NCBI GenBank assembly: GCA_001824825.1 | Contig: MHTK01000004.1 | Location: 1 to 61,503, forward strand | Source: Candidatus Vogelbacteria bacterium RIFOXYD1_FULL_46_19 | GTDB lineage: Bacteria > Patescibacteriota > Minisyncoccia > Phycocordibacterales > XYD1-FULL-46-19 | Direction of reading: 5' to 3' | Length of the DNA stretch: 61,503 bases | In this document: piece after piece, positions 8,634 through 18,688 of the stretch | Position numbering within the stretch: the stretch's first letter is position 1 | Layout: every line of letters begins with the position of its first letter | Notes under the pieces: model-generated | The model's database searches: none | The model's input: only the letters and a program-made list of their open reading frames with translations | Told to the model about the DNA's origin: nothing | Made by a program: the position numbers and the translations under genes

Positions 8634-9166
8634 CAATCTGGTCCTTCCTGATTCCAATAATCTTTTTCCTGGTCATCACTGTAGCGATAGCTTTAAAGTA
8701 CTACTACAGTCAGAAGACAAGAACACCTACTCCAACTCCCGCTCCCGCGACACCAGTGGCGGCTACCACCCCAAGAACCATCACCTGGCCCCGTGCTAGA
8801 CCTTGGATCATCGGGGTAGTGGTACTCCTACTGGTATTGTGGCTCGGTGCTGGGCCAGCCTACCGATCCTGGAAGGCAATACCTCCAGACCGGGCCGAAC
8901 TGCAAAGCGAGTACTCAGTGCTCGCGACCGCAGACCACTGGTCTGAACCGATTCCGGTTAAACCTGGAAAAATTAGGTTTCTAACTATTCCCGACACGTC
9001 CCTCCGGATCCAAATTCCGGCTGGGGCTGGGGAACCGGGCCAAGACTACATCTTCCCCAAGGGGCACTACGTGAAAGTGCCCCACAATCAAGCCCAAAAA
9101 GCCTGGCGGTTTCGAGCGATTGAAGAATCCGCCCCCGTCCAGGTTGAGGTGTGGTGGGAAAAATAA
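8630..9166 (+). CDS. Hypothetical membrane protein, two TMs separated by a Pro/Thr linker
   Basis: ATGA overlap with the SPFH gene; hydrophobic segments. Confidence 0.7.
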   Translation: MTIWSFLIPIIFFLVITVAIALKYYYSQKTRTPTPTPAPATPVAATTPRTITWPRARPWIIGVVVLLLVLWLGAGPAYRSWKAIPPDRAELQSEYSVLATADHWSEPIPVKPGKIRFLTIPDTSLRIQIPAGAGEPGQDYIFPKGHYVKVPHNQAQKAWRFRAIEESAPVQVEVWWEK

Positions 9167-9181
9167 AACCCACCACCCAAC

Positions 9182-9220
9182 AAGGCGAAGCCGTGCCCCG
9201 CACGCGCTTCGCCTTTTTTT
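9182..9220 (+). terminator. Rho-independent terminator
   Basis: AAGGCGAAGC...GCTTCGCCTT followed by a T run. Confidence 0.75.
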
Positions 9221-9290
9221 ATAACCAAAACCGGCCACAGCTTGCGCTGTGGCCGGTTCATTTAACTTCACATCTTTAAAGCCTGAGAAT

Positions 9291-9536
9291 TTAGTTACAA
9301 CCAATCGTGGTACAGATAATTTTCATAATGCCAAACACTGACACCATCACAAACAAACCAATCACCCCCCACAACATATGACTGGCTCCCTCCCGACGCT
9401 TCACATCATTATCTCCGTTTACTATAAACACCGCCACCCCGTACATAAAATAGAGCAAAGCCAGTCCAAACAGTAAACCAATAATCGGATTTACAATGTA
9501 AGTGTTGATATTATCTAGGAGTGGAAAATCGGTCAT
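9291..9536 (-). CDS. CPR T4SS/TrbC-VirB2-like pilin 5
   Basis: NPIIGLLFGLA..FMYG...KRREG..MLWGVIGLFVMVSVFGI motif. Confidence 0.7.
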   Translation of the reverse strand: MTDFPLLDNINTYIVNPIIGLLFGLALLYFMYGVAVFIVNGDNDVKRREGASHMLWGVIGLFVMVSVFGIMKIICTTIGCN

Positions 9537-9559
9537 GGCTTAAGTCCAACAAATGTAAG

Positions 9560-9919
9560 CTAGTTGCTTGGAACTTGAGGCAAATCAGTCGGAATATTTG
9601 TGTTTAGGTCCAAAGTATCAACCAAAATATTTACCAAGCCCCAGACGGAGATCATCACGAAAATCGCCAAAATACCATAAGCCATCAGTGCTCCTCCTTC
9701 TTTTCTCTTGGTCGAATCGGAACCAGCAATAACGTATTTCACCACGCCCCACAAGAAGACAATGACCGCAATACCGATTAGCAACGGAATAAGGTCATTA
9801 AGCCAGCCTGTAATAGTGGAAATGGCATCATCAAAGTCATTAAAAGCAGCAAAAGTTAATGCTGGTATTAATAAGGTAGTAAACAAGGAAGCACTTAAAA
9901 CCTTTAATTTATTATTCAT
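9560..9919 (-). CDS. CPR T4SS/TrbC-VirB2-like pilin 4
   Basis: Leader ending FAA; LIPLLIGIAVIVFLWGVVKY..KRKEG..MAYGILAIFVMISVWGLV. Confidence 0.7.
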   Translation of the reverse strand: MNNKLKVLSASLFTTLLIPALTFAAFNDFDDAISTITGWLNDLIPLLIGIAVIVFLWGVVKYVIAGSDSTKRKEGGALMAYGILAIFVMISVWGLVNILVDTLDLNTNIPTDLPQVPSN

Positions 9920-9965
9920 AACCTATAATTTAACTGATTAATTTCTAAACCCTAATAATAAAAAA

Positions 9966-10403
9966 CTATATCTGAATCGTCGGAATCGGTGGTTGTTGTG
10001 GCGCTCCTCCGTCAAAGAAAGTGTTGGTTAAGATGCCAACTAGGCCCCAGACCGACAACATTACGAAGAAACCCACAACCCCATACATCATCATCGCTCC
10101 ACCTTTTTTCCGTTCTTCAGGCTTATCACCATCCCTGATAAATTTTAGCACACCAAACAGAAACACAACAAGGGCGGCGCCCATAATCAGAGCTACTAGT
10201 GGATTTAAAATATTACTACCAATACAACTGATCAGACTTTTAAAGTCAGTCAACTGACAACTACCACCACCCCCGTCGCCCGCATTTATCGGATCGCCCC
10301 CCATACCAGGAATGTCAGCTAACACTGTTAGTGGCATGAAACTAAACGAAAGTATAACTATCATCAGTACTCCCAAAATCGAAACTTTCTTTTGGCCAAT
10401 CAT
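9966..10403 (-). CDS. CPR T4SS/TrbC-VirB2-like pilin 3
   Basis: Leader ending VLA, Cys pair, LNPLVALIMGAALVVFLFGVLKF..MMYGVVGFFVMLSVWGLV. Confidence 0.7.
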   Translation of the reverse strand: MIGQKKVSILGVLMIVILSFSFMPLTVLADIPGMGGDPINAGDGGGGSCQLTDFKSLISCIGSNILNPLVALIMGAALVVFLFGVLKFIRDGDKPEERKKGGAMMMYGVVGFFVMLSVWGLVGILTNTFFDGGAPQQPPIPTIQI

Positions 10404-10449
10404 AACTAAATTATTTATTTTAATAAAATTAACGGTTATTCATAATTTA

Positions 10450-10827
10450 TCACTTTAATTGATCAATGGTTCCCTGCACAATTTCCAAAATCACAAAAGC
10501 CCCCAGAATAATTAAAGCGCCAACAATCGTCCACATAAAAACTTCTTTCGCTTTAGTGATAGCCTCTGGCTTACCTTGTGCTTTAACAAACAAAAAGCCC
10601 GAGTAAATAATCCCGACCGCCACCACCGGCACCCCAATCTGCACCACGGCATTGATAATTATTTCTACTAACTTAGGGATAGTATCTACCCCACTGCGCA
10701 AAGGATTTTCAATGTGTATTGAGACACTCTGAGACCCTTCTCCTTCAACCGCGTAAACATTTGAGCTAAAACTAAAAATAACAGTGACTGCAATCAATAA
10801 GATTAAATAGGGTGATAAATTTTTCAT
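10450..10827 (-). CDS. CPR T4SS/TrbC-VirB2-like pilin 2
   Basis: Leader ending VYA, IENPL, IIYSGFLFVKAQGKPEAITKAK..WTIVGALIIL. Confidence 0.7.
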   Translation of the reverse strand: MKNLSPYLILLIAVTVIFSFSSNVYAVEGEGSQSVSIHIENPLRSGVDTIPKLVEIIINAVVQIGVPVVAVGIIYSGFLFVKAQGKPEAITKAKEVFMWTIVGALIILGAFVILEIVQGTIDQLK

Positions 10828-10830
10828 ATA

Positions 10831-11226
10831 TTAAAAACTTTCGGTTTGTGATTGAATAAGGTCTTCAGTCCCAGTCAAAGAGGTCACTACAAATTTTACA
10901 ATTAAATAAGCGGCGAGCACTATCACCAGGCCCCCGACCACGATATAAATCATCGACTTGGCTTTGGTACGCTCGCCAGCATTACTCGAGTAAATCACCA
11001 TGCGCACGCCGGCATACACTATCAAAACGACCGCGAGCGGCACCGCCAGATACACTACTATAAATTTTATCACATCATTAATCAGAGTCACCAAATCATT
11101 AAAATCACATTGATCGTTACCACGCCCACACTTCACCAAGCCCTCCCCAGCCGTCTGAGCCGCCACTGGTAAAGCTAAAAACCAGACCAAGAGGGAACCC
11201 GAAAAGTGTTTTAATAACTTGATCAT
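10831..11226 (-). CDS. CPR T4SS/TrbC-VirB2-like pilin 1
   Basis: GLVKCG..CDFNDL, IVYAGVRMV..KAKSMI..VVGGLVIVLAAYLIV. Confidence 0.7.
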   Translation of the reverse strand: MIKLLKHFSGSLLVWFLALPVAAQTAGEGLVKCGRGNDQCDFNDLVTLINDVIKFIVVYLAVPLAVVLIVYAGVRMVIYSSNAGERTKAKSMIYIVVGGLVIVLAAYLIVKFVVTSLTGTEDLIQSQTESF

Positions 11227-11232
11227 AAAGAG

Positions 11233-12546
11233 CTATTTAGTAAACAAAGATTGCAACTCTTGATTAGCTTGATTGACCGCCACATTGGTTTGTTTTTGGC
11301 CGGTCGCTACCGAGTCCACTAAGTTCTGCATTAAGACACTAACGCGACCAGGGTTAGGGTTCCACCAACTCTGGCTAATCAGGGCCGATCGGTAAAAGAC
11401 TGCTTGAAAAGGATTAGGATGACTAGCCCCCAGTAAACCACCGCGAGCCGGGGGCAAGTTAAACAAGCTCGCTAAAACTTGACTCTCAGCTGGGGCGGTC
11501 AGTAAAAAAGCTGTTTGAAAAGCCGTATTAAAATTGCGTGAAGAGCGGACAATACCCAAACCGTAGAAGCGGGCTCCAGTCACCTGGCGGTCCGTCTCAC
11601 TCACCCCTCGCTGAGGTAAGATAGCAACATCAAAATTTAAGTTGGGGTTAGTCGCCTGCAAATTGGCGTACTCACTAGCATAACCAAAATAAGTTGCGAG
11701 GCGTCCGGCGGCAAACATTTGTCGGTCTAGTGGTAAAGATTGGTTCCAACTGTACACACTTTTAACCGGCGATGAAAACTGGTTAAAGAAGTCCACCGCC
11801 GCTACCGCCGGCACCTGGCTGAAACCAAAAGAGTCACTTAAGGTAACTTTTTTGCCACTAGTGCCTTGTATCACCAGCGGATTCCCTGCTTGGAAAAAAA
11901 GTGTGGTTAAAATCGCTTCGGCGTTCCGAATATTAGAGAAGACGCCCAAGGCGACCAAAGTCCGATTGATAGTTTGTCGGTCGGCAATCGAGTTGACTTT
12001 AGGTAAATCAGCTACCATCTCCGACCAGGTTAAAGGTGGGCGAGTCAGACCGGCCCCCGCTAAAATGTCCCGATTGTAGTACATCACCAGCGGGTCAACA
12101 ACGACAGGTAAAGCTACCGTCCCTTCACTGGTCAAAAAAACTTTAGCCCCGTCGGCAAAGTTATCTTGAAAGTCTCGAAGGGGATAAGACTCGAAAGGAA
12201 CAGTAAAGAGGGTATCTGCGTAGCGGTAAATAAATGTATCAGGAAGAATTAATAAATCCGGACCCTGGTTACGAGCTAAGGCTTGAACATAATCTTGCTC
12301 TAACTGTTCTGGGCTCTTGTAAACATAACTGACAGTAAATTCCCCATCATGAACTCGATTGAAATCAAGTAAAAAATCCGCCACAGCCGACTCCGGCAAG
12401 GGGCCCCACAAAGTAACCACTCCTCCCGAACTAGTTGCTCCTTGTCTTAAACCAGGTAAAACCCCGGAGAAGATCAAGACGGCGACTAAAATAAAAAACC
12501 CTAGGATAACTAAAATTATGTTTCGAAAAAAATCGCCTTTTTCCAT
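11233..12546 (-). CDS. Membrane-anchored extracellular solute-binding protein (SBP_bac_1-like)
   Basis: N-terminal anchor, VTLWG, GPDL, ALPVVVDPLVMYYNRDIL, PPLTWSE. Confidence 0.85.
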   Translation of the reverse strand: MEKGDFFRNIILVILGFFILVAVLIFSGVLPGLRQGATSSGGVVTLWGPLPESAVADFLLDFNRVHDGEFTVSYVYKSPEQLEQDYVQALARNQGPDLLILPDTFIYRYADTLFTVPFESYPLRDFQDNFADGAKVFLTSEGTVALPVVVDPLVMYYNRDILAGAGLTRPPLTWSEMVADLPKVNSIADRQTINRTLVALGVFSNIRNAEAILTTLFFQAGNPLVIQGTSGKKVTLSDSFGFSQVPAVAAVDFFNQFSSPVKSVYSWNQSLPLDRQMFAAGRLATYFGYASEYANLQATNPNLNFDVAILPQRGVSETDRQVTGARFYGLGIVRSSRNFNTAFQTAFLLTAPAESQVLASLFNLPPARGGLLGASHPNPFQAVFYRSALISQSWWNPNPGRVSVLMQNLVDSVATGQKQTNVAVNQANQELQSLFTK

Positions 12547-12552
12547 AAAAAA

Positions 12553-13080
12553 TTAGGTATTAGAAAAAACCAAACCATAGTGATGGTCGCCGGCATCGAA
12601 AGTGTTGGTAAGAGTTAGGCCGGCCTTCGTCATCACCTCCGTCGCTTTCACCTGGTCAAAAACTTGGTCCACCAGTGGCCCCAAACCGCCATAAGAGTCT
12701 TGCCAATCCACCACCAGCGCCTGCCCCTTGGGCACCAAAATCCGCTTAGCCTCCCTCGCGAGCCCAAATTGTGAGTCCACTTGGAACAAGATGTTGGAGA
12801 TAATCACCGCATCCACCGACTGGTCGGCCAATTTCACACCACCAGGCACCTCAATATCACCCCAAATTATATCCACATTACCAAGGCCCGCAGTTTGAGC
12901 CTGGCCCCGCAGTCGATCGAGTAACTCTTTTTGCACTTCTACTGCAAAGACGCGACCAGTGGGGCCAACCGCTTCGGCAGCGGCGAGTGTGTAATCGCCA
13001 CCACCAGCGCCTAAGTCGGCCACCTTGTGGCCGGGCAATAAGTTTAGATACTTTAAATTTTGGCGAGGGTTAGCAAACAT
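12553..13080 (-). CDS. Class I SAM-dependent methyltransferase
   Basis: VADLGAGGG motif I, VFAVEVQ, VDAVIISNIL. Confidence 0.9.
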   Translation of the reverse strand: MFANPRQNLKYLNLLPGHKVADLGAGGGDYTLAAAEAVGPTGRVFAVEVQKELLDRLRGQAQTAGLGNVDIIWGDIEVPGGVKLADQSVDAVIISNILFQVDSQFGLAREAKRILVPKGQALVVDWQDSYGGLGPLVDQVFDQVKATEVMTKAGLTLTNTFDAGDHHYGLVFSNT

Positions 13081-13099
13081 TTGCGTCCTCTAAATAATA

Positions 13100-15580
13100 C
13101 TATAAACAAGTAAGTGATGCTATTGCGTCATCCCCTTTTAGCTTCATAATTCGCACGCCTTGGGTCTGACGACCTAAAGTTGGAATTTCTTCCAAGCTAG
13201 TGCGAATAATTTGACCATGTTTGGAGATCGCTACAATCTCCTCTTCACTCTCTGTTAGGACTTTAGCCGCCATTAGTTTGCCGGTTTTAGTCGTGACTTT
13301 AAAAGTTTTAATACCGGACCCGCCCCGCTTTTGTATTTTGTATTCTTTGACTTTAGTTTTTTTACCGTAGCCATTGTCCCCCATCACCAGCAAATCAGCC
13401 TGTGGGTTATCGGCTTTAATGACATCCGCCCCAATGACTAAGTCGTCTTTAGCGAGCTTAATAGCTCGCACCCCACCGGCCGCTCGGCCCATTTCTCTAA
13501 TATCGGAATCCTTAAAGCGAATACTCTGACCCTTTCTGGTGGCAATAATAGGGGAGTCACCTTTTTTGACCGGAAAAACCGATAATAATTCATCACGAGT
13601 CTCCAGTTTAATGGCAATAATCCCCGTACGGCGCACGTCCCGGAAACTTTCAGCTTTCACTTTTTTGGCCTCCCCGTTTCTGGTAACCATCATCACCGAC
13701 AAAGCGGAGTGATCAGTCCCCTTATCAAAAGACAAGACGGACGTAATTTTTTCTTCCGCCGATAGCGATAAGAAGTTCATTATCGATTTGCCTCTCGTGG
13801 CCCGTTTACCCTCCGATATTTCATACATTTTCAGTTGATAGACTTTGCCTTTGTCGGTGAAAAAGAGTAAGTCATCATGAGTGCCGGCCGACAGGAAAAT
13901 GGACACAAAATCTTCTTCCTTAACATTTAAATCAATCACCCCTTTACCACCGCGCCGTTGAGCCCGGTATTCAGACGGATCTGTCCGCTTAACATAACCC
14001 CCGGCCGTGAGGACTAAAACATTTTCCTTCTCCTCGATTAAATCTTCCACATTTATTTCCTTGACCCCGCCCTTCACCACTTTGGTTTTACGGGCATCAC
14101 CATATTTGTCTTTAATCTCAGCAAATTCATCTTTCACTATCTGAATCACCCGCTTAGGGTCGGCTAAAATTGCCTTCAGTTCTTTAATTAGAATTTGTTT
14201 CTCTTTTAATTCCTCCTCGACTTTCTGTCGTTCCAAGCCGGCTAGCTTTTGCAAACGCATTTCCAAAATAGCGGTAGTTTGCAAATCAGAAAATTTAAAC
14301 TCCTTCATTAAAGCCGCGTGAGCAGCCGCCGTGTCTTTAGACTTTCTAATCGTCTTAATAATCGCGTCGATATGATCAAGCGCTTTCTTAAGGCCCAGTA
14401 AAATATGCTCCCGGGCTTCGGCTTTAGCCAAATCAAACTTCGTGCGCCTGACGACCACAATTTGCCGGTAGCCAAAAAATTCTTCAATAATACTGCGCAG
14501 GGACAACAGTTTCGGTACGCCGTCGACCAGCGCCAGCATATTGAAGTGGAAAGCGGTCTCCAAGTCAGTGTGCTTATACAAAGCATTTAAAATTTTCTGC
14601 GGTTGAATACCAGTTTTTAGGTCGATCGCCACCCGAATATCACTAGTGGACTCGTCACGAATATCTTTGATTCCCTCAACTCTTTTTTCCCGCACCAAAT
14701 CGGCCATCTTGATAATCATCTCAGATTTATTCACCTGATAGGGAATCGAGGTGATAATAATTTGATGCTGGCCGGCTTTGTTTTCCACAATCTCCGCCTC
14801 CCCGCGCACTACTACCCCGCCGCGGCCGGTGGCATAAGCATGATGAATATCCTTTTGATTAAAAATCATCCCGCCGGTGGGGAAATCCGGACCTTTCACA
14901 AATTGCAACAAGTCTTCGTTGGTGGCCTTTGGATTATCGGCGAAATAAATCAAGGCTTCCAAAACTTCCGTCAAATTATGAGGCGGAATTTTGGTGGCCA
15001 TGCCCACCGCAATTCCAAAAGTACCATTCAATAAAATGTTAGGGACAGCCGATGGTAACACGACCGGCTCTTTACGTTCACCATCAAAGTTTGGCGTGTA
15101 GTCAACGGTATCTTTTTCAATATCACGTAAAAGTTCAGCGGTAATGCGAGCCATTTTAGCTTCGGTGTAACGATAGGCAGCGGCCGAGTCGCCATCAATC
15201 GAACCAAAGTTACCTTGGCCCCACACCAGCGGGTAGCGGGTGGCGAAACTCTGAGCCAGTTTAACCATCGCTTCGTAAACCGAAGAGTCTCCATGCGGGT
15301 GATATTTACCCAGCACGTCTCCCACAATGGTGGCGGATTTCTTGAACCGCGCTGAGGCAGTCAAACCCAGCTCATGCATTGAAAACAAAATTCGGCGGTG
15401 CACCGGCTTCAAACCATCTCGCACGTCTGGCAAAGCCCGCGACACAATCACCGACATTGAGTAGTCAAGATAAGACTCTTGCATTTCCGTCACAATACTA
15501 ACCGGCTTTACGGCATCCAGGCGCAAAACCACCTCTTTGGGTTCTTGATCGTTATTATTGTTTTTTTTGTGACGAGCCAT
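13100..15580 (-). CDS. gyrA: DNA gyrase subunit A
   Basis: [30 protein letters not shown] (catalytic Tyr), GyrA-box QRRGGKG. Confidence 0.98.
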   Translation of the reverse strand: MARHKKNNNNDQEPKEVVLRLDAVKPVSIVTEMQESYLDYSMSVIVSRALPDVRDGLKPVHRRILFSMHELGLTASARFKKSATIVGDVLGKYHPHGDSSVYEAMVKLAQSFATRYPLVWGQGNFGSIDGDSAAAYRYTEAKMARITAELLRDIEKDTVDYTPNFDGERKEPVVLPSAVPNILLNGTFGIAVGMATKIPPHNLTEVLEALIYFADNPKATNEDLLQFVKGPDFPTGGMIFNQKDIHHAYATGRGGVVVRGEAEIVENKAGQHQIIITSIPYQVNKSEMIIKMADLVREKRVEGIKDIRDESTSDIRVAIDLKTGIQPQKILNALYKHTDLETAFHFNMLALVDGVPKLLSLRSIIEEFFGYRQIVVVRRTKFDLAKAEAREHILLGLKKALDHIDAIIKTIRKSKDTAAAHAALMKEFKFSDLQTTAILEMRLQKLAGLERQKVEEELKEKQILIKELKAILADPKRVIQIVKDEFAEIKDKYGDARKTKVVKGGVKEINVEDLIEEKENVLVLTAGGYVKRTDPSEYRAQRRGGKGVIDLNVKEEDFVSIFLSAGTHDDLLFFTDKGKVYQLKMYEISEGKRATRGKSIMNFLSLSAEEKITSVLSFDKGTDHSALSVMMVTRNGEAKKVKAESFRDVRRTGIIAIKLETRDELLSVFPVKKGDSPIIATRKGQSIRFKDSDIREMGRAAGGVRAIKLAKDDLVIGADVIKADNPQADLLVMGDNGYGKKTKVKEYKIQKRGGSGIKTFKVTTKTGKLMAAKVLTESEEEIVAISKHGQIIRTSLEEIPTLGRQTQGVRIMKLKGDDAIASLTCL

Positions 15581-15607
15581 AAATAATAAAGCTAGGGAAC
15601 TTAAATG

Positions 15608-15865
15608 TTAGCGAAAAGATAAAAAATTAACAATATAGTCAACCACCAGTTGGGCGCCGGCCATCACCCTATCCCACTCTCCGGCCAGGCCGGCCGGCAC
15701 TAAGCCTTGCCACCAGTCGGCTGAGGCTGATGATACCAGCCACAGATTAAAAAGCCATAAAATAATCACCGCTAAAGTTAGACCAGTGGTCCACACCAAA
15801 AGTAAATGACGCCGCCGGGGCAGCGGATAAGTGCGAACTTTTTCTACATAATTTAAAAGCCACAT
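15608..15865 (-). CDS. Hypothetical small membrane protein
   Basis: Single TM after VRTYPLPRRRH; start moved to avoid overlap with the upstream gene. Confidence 0.55.
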   Translation of the reverse strand: MWLLNYVEKVRTYPLPRRRHLLLVWTTGLTLAVIILWLFNLWLVSSASADWWQGLVPAGLAGEWDRVMAGAQLVVDYIVNFLSFR

Positions 15866-15881
15866 TAAAATCGAAGTCAGA

Positions 15882-16505
15882 CTAAGTCGTTTGTAAAACC
15901 ACAATTTCGGCTTCTTGGCCTTCCAAATCTTTTTTCTTCACCGACAATTTGTCTATTGGTGTTCGGGCGGCTGCTCCGGCTTCCGCCAGAAACTCTGAAA
16001 GCAGACCCGATTTACTATCCCCAAAGAGAACAGGAATAATTATTTTAGATTCGAGGGACGCGGCAAGTTTGGCCGCTGCCTTCGCCGGCAAACTTCCTTC
16101 AGCTCCGGCCGGCGCCACCACAATATCGGCCCCGCTAATTTCTTCGAGCACGTCCGGTGGTAAAGTAGCGACCGCTAAAGCGCCGAGGTGAACCACTCGA
16201 ATACCTTCCAGTAAAAAGCTATAGATAGTGTTAACCTGATCCTGCGGCCCGACCGACTCGTAACCCTTGATAAAAATACCGGAATATTCATACTCACCGG
16301 GACCGTCAATCACAAAAGGTTCTTTAGAGCCAAAAGCGACCGCCTCTTGCCCGTTAAACCCCTCAGTCGGCACCGAAATTAGCGCCACATCCGCCCCAAA
16401 GCGAGCACTTTTAACATCATGACCCTTACCAATCGGGTTCACGGCTACCACAGTGTCCCCAAAGGACACCTTCAAACAGGCTAAGCCATAGTAGGTAATA
16501 ACCAT
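15882..16505 (-). CDS. MBL-fold (Lactamase_B_3-like) protein with degenerate metal site
   Basis: MVITYYGLACL, IDGPGEYEYSGIFIKG, EGIRVVHLG; no HxHxDH motif. Confidence 0.75.
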   Translation of the reverse strand: MVITYYGLACLKVSFGDTVVAVNPIGKGHDVKSARFGADVALISVPTEGFNGQEAVAFGSKEPFVIDGPGEYEYSGIFIKGYESVGPQDQVNTIYSFLLEGIRVVHLGALAVATLPPDVLEEISGADIVVAPAGAEGSLPAKAAAKLAASLESKIIIPVLFGDSKSGLLSEFLAEAGAAARTPIDKLSVKKKDLEGQEAEIVVLQTT

Positions 16506-16721
16506 ATTTAACCATTATAGCAGAAACTAGCCTCAAGTGGAAACCAAACACCCCAGCTCGTCACGAGTTTGGCAAAACTGCCAAACTATGCAATACTAGC
16601 CGCATTATTTATTAGTCCCACTAGAGGGCAACCAGCCTGGAAAGAGTGAGGAGACGCTGGGCCAAGAGTGGGGTCGCCGACTTAAGTATAAGCGGCGGCT
16701 AAAGTTTAAAGAATATTATTA

Positions 16722-17885
16722 ATGACTACTGATACAGCAGTGATGACGGAAGATCGCAGTGTTGTCGACAAAACACCAGTGTCCCTAATGGACAGTCTGG
16801 TGCGCACCACTCCCGAGCGGCCAGAAGTGGATACTTTGATTGATGGCGTGGTAATTGCCAAGGATAAAATGGCGATGTTTGTAGACTTGCCACCTTTTGG
16901 CACCGGTCTTATTTTTGGCCGCGAGTATTTAAATGCCCGCGATCTGATCAAAAAAATTAATATTGGTGATACGGTGACGGCCAAAATTGTAGCCACCGAG
17001 GGGGAAAACGGCTACCTCGAGCTATCCCTCAAAGAAGCCAAGCAGGCTATTCTCTGGGATTCCGCCGAGCGAGCGATGAAAAACAAAGAAATCTTTTCTT
17101 TGGTGGTGCGCGAAGCTAATAAGGGTGGTTTGATTTTAGACTGGCAAGGTATTGATGGCTTTGTCCCTGCCTCTCAGCTTAAGCCCGATCATTACCCCCG
17201 AGTACCGGATGGTGATAAAGACAAGATTGCCGACGAACTGGCCAAATTGGTCGGCTCACCGCTCGAGGTGAGCATCATCGGTATTGATCCGAAAGAAGGC
17301 AAGCTGATCTTTTCCGAAAAAACCCTAGACAGCAAATCACGTAAAGAAATTGTGAATAAGTATGTTTTGGGTGACGTGGTGGAAGGTGAAGTTACCGGGG
17401 CTGTTGATTTTGGTGTTTTCCTTAAAATTGAGGAAGGTTTAGAAGGTCTGGTTCACATTTCTGAGCTGGATTGGTCTTTGGTAGAAGACCCTCGCAGTCT
17501 TTACAAACCGGGTGACAAAATCAAAGCTAAAATTATTGAAATAAAAGAGGATAAAATTTCCTTATCGATCAAGGCTCTAAAAACCAATCCTTGGCATGAA
17601 GCTGAGAAAAAGTACCACAAGGGCGACTTGGTCAGCGGAGTAGTTATTAAATACAACAAACACGGCGCCCTCATCGCCATTGAAGAAGGAGTGGCCGGCT
17701 TGGTGCACATCTCCGAATTTACTGATGAAAGTGACTTACGATCTAAGTTAGAACTAGGTAAAACCTACAATTTTACCATCAACTTATTCGAACCCAAGGA
17801 ACAGCGTATGACTCTAGTCTTTGGCGACCGGCGCGAAGAAATCTTGCAAGCCGGTTCGAAAAAAACCACGGAGCAAAAAGCTTAA
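16722..17885 (+). CDS. rpsA: 30S ribosomal protein S1 (short, multi-S1 domain)
   Basis: Repeated S1 domains (ANKGGL, GFVPASQL, FGVF..GLVHISEL, GLVHISEF). Confidence 0.9.
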   Translation: MTTDTAVMTEDRSVVDKTPVSLMDSLVRTTPERPEVDTLIDGVVIAKDKMAMFVDLPPFGTGLIFGREYLNARDLIKKINIGDTVTAKIVATEGENGYLELSLKEAKQAILWDSAERAMKNKEIFSLVVREANKGGLILDWQGIDGFVPASQLKPDHYPRVPDGDKDKIADELAKLVGSPLEVSIIGIDPKEGKLIFSEKTLDSKSRKEIVNKYVLGDVVEGEVTGAVDFGVFLKIEEGLEGLVHISELDWSLVEDPRSLYKPGDKIKAKIIEIKEDKISLSIKALKTNPWHEAEKKYHKGDLVSGVVIKYNKHGALIAIEEGVAGLVHISEFTDESDLRSKLELGKTYNFTINLFEPKEQRMTLVFGDRREEILQAGSKKTTEQKA

Positions 17886-17901
17886 CAAACAAGATCAAAA
17901 C

Positions 17902-17931
17902 ATTAAAACCCCGCTTAAGCGGGGTTTTAAT
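17902..17931. terminator. Bidirectional terminator between convergent rpsA and pth
   Basis: ATTAAAACCCCGC-TTAA-GCGGGGTTTTAAT. Confidence 0.8.
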
Positions 17932-18580
17932 TTGTCTCTGGAATTGAAGCAGCCGACCGATGAATTTTTTCCACCGTCTGCGGCCAGCCGACAGTCACTA
18001 GACTCTCTATGGCCTCTTTCACCGCCACCCAAGTCTTTTCAATCTCAACCTCTTCAGTGGATGTAAAGGGGGCTAAAACAAACTTTTCAATTGGCTCGGT
18101 CAGAGTATTACTAAGGGGCCGGATACCCACTCTAATTCGCTTAAAGTTTTGATCTTTCACCCAAGCCATAATAGACAGCACCCCCTTATGTCCGCCCGGC
18201 CCACGGCCAACAGACAATTTAAGCTTACCCACCGGTAAATCTAAGTCATCATGCACGATCACCACTTCCACCCCGCGGTGATACTTGATAAATTGGTCCA
18301 CACTACGACCGGACTCATTCATATAAGTATCCGGTAACAGTAAATAAACTTGGCGGTCCCCAATCACTCCTTCCGAAAGCTGGCCCTGGAACTTCAGTGA
18401 AGTCTGCCAGGGCGAAAAAGTAGAGTCAGCATCCGTGGCCAAAAAAGTTAAAGCCGCGCGACCCACATTGTGTCTAGTTTTGGCATAAGCGCGGCCAGGA
18501 TTACCCAAACCGACCACCACCAAACTCTCCGGTAACTCTACTTCTCGCTTGAACTGTTTAATAGTTTGCCAAATATTCAT
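17927..18580 (-). CDS. pth: Peptidyl-tRNA hydrolase
   Basis: VVGLGNPG..TRHNVG, TYMNESG, VHDDLDLP, GHKGV, RIRVGI. Confidence 0.96.
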   Translation of the reverse strand: MNIWQTIKQFKREVELPESLVVVGLGNPGRAYAKTRHNVGRAALTFLATDADSTFSPWQTSLKFQGQLSEGVIGDRQVYLLLPDTYMNESGRSVDQFIKYHRGVEVVIVHDDLDLPVGKLKLSVGRGPGGHKGVLSIMAWVKDQNFKRIRVGIRPLSNTLTEPIEKFVLAPFTSTEEVEIEKTWVAVKEAIESLVTVGWPQTVEKIHRSAASIPETN

Positions 18581-18688
18581 AAGTTAAGTACGTTTTTTGA
18601 TTATACAATATAAGCTTTGCTTGCGTCAATAAAGGCTTTATAGTATGATAATGGCCTAATAACAATTTGATTTTTATCATTTTTTCTC

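Noticed and set aside
16567-16586. GTTTGGCAAAACTGCCAAAC hairpin resembling the class-B inner hairpin at ~6181-6200
   Set aside because: Only 20 bp, no arms or other core parts, and it lies in the divergent promoter region of rpsA; probably coincidental or regulatory.
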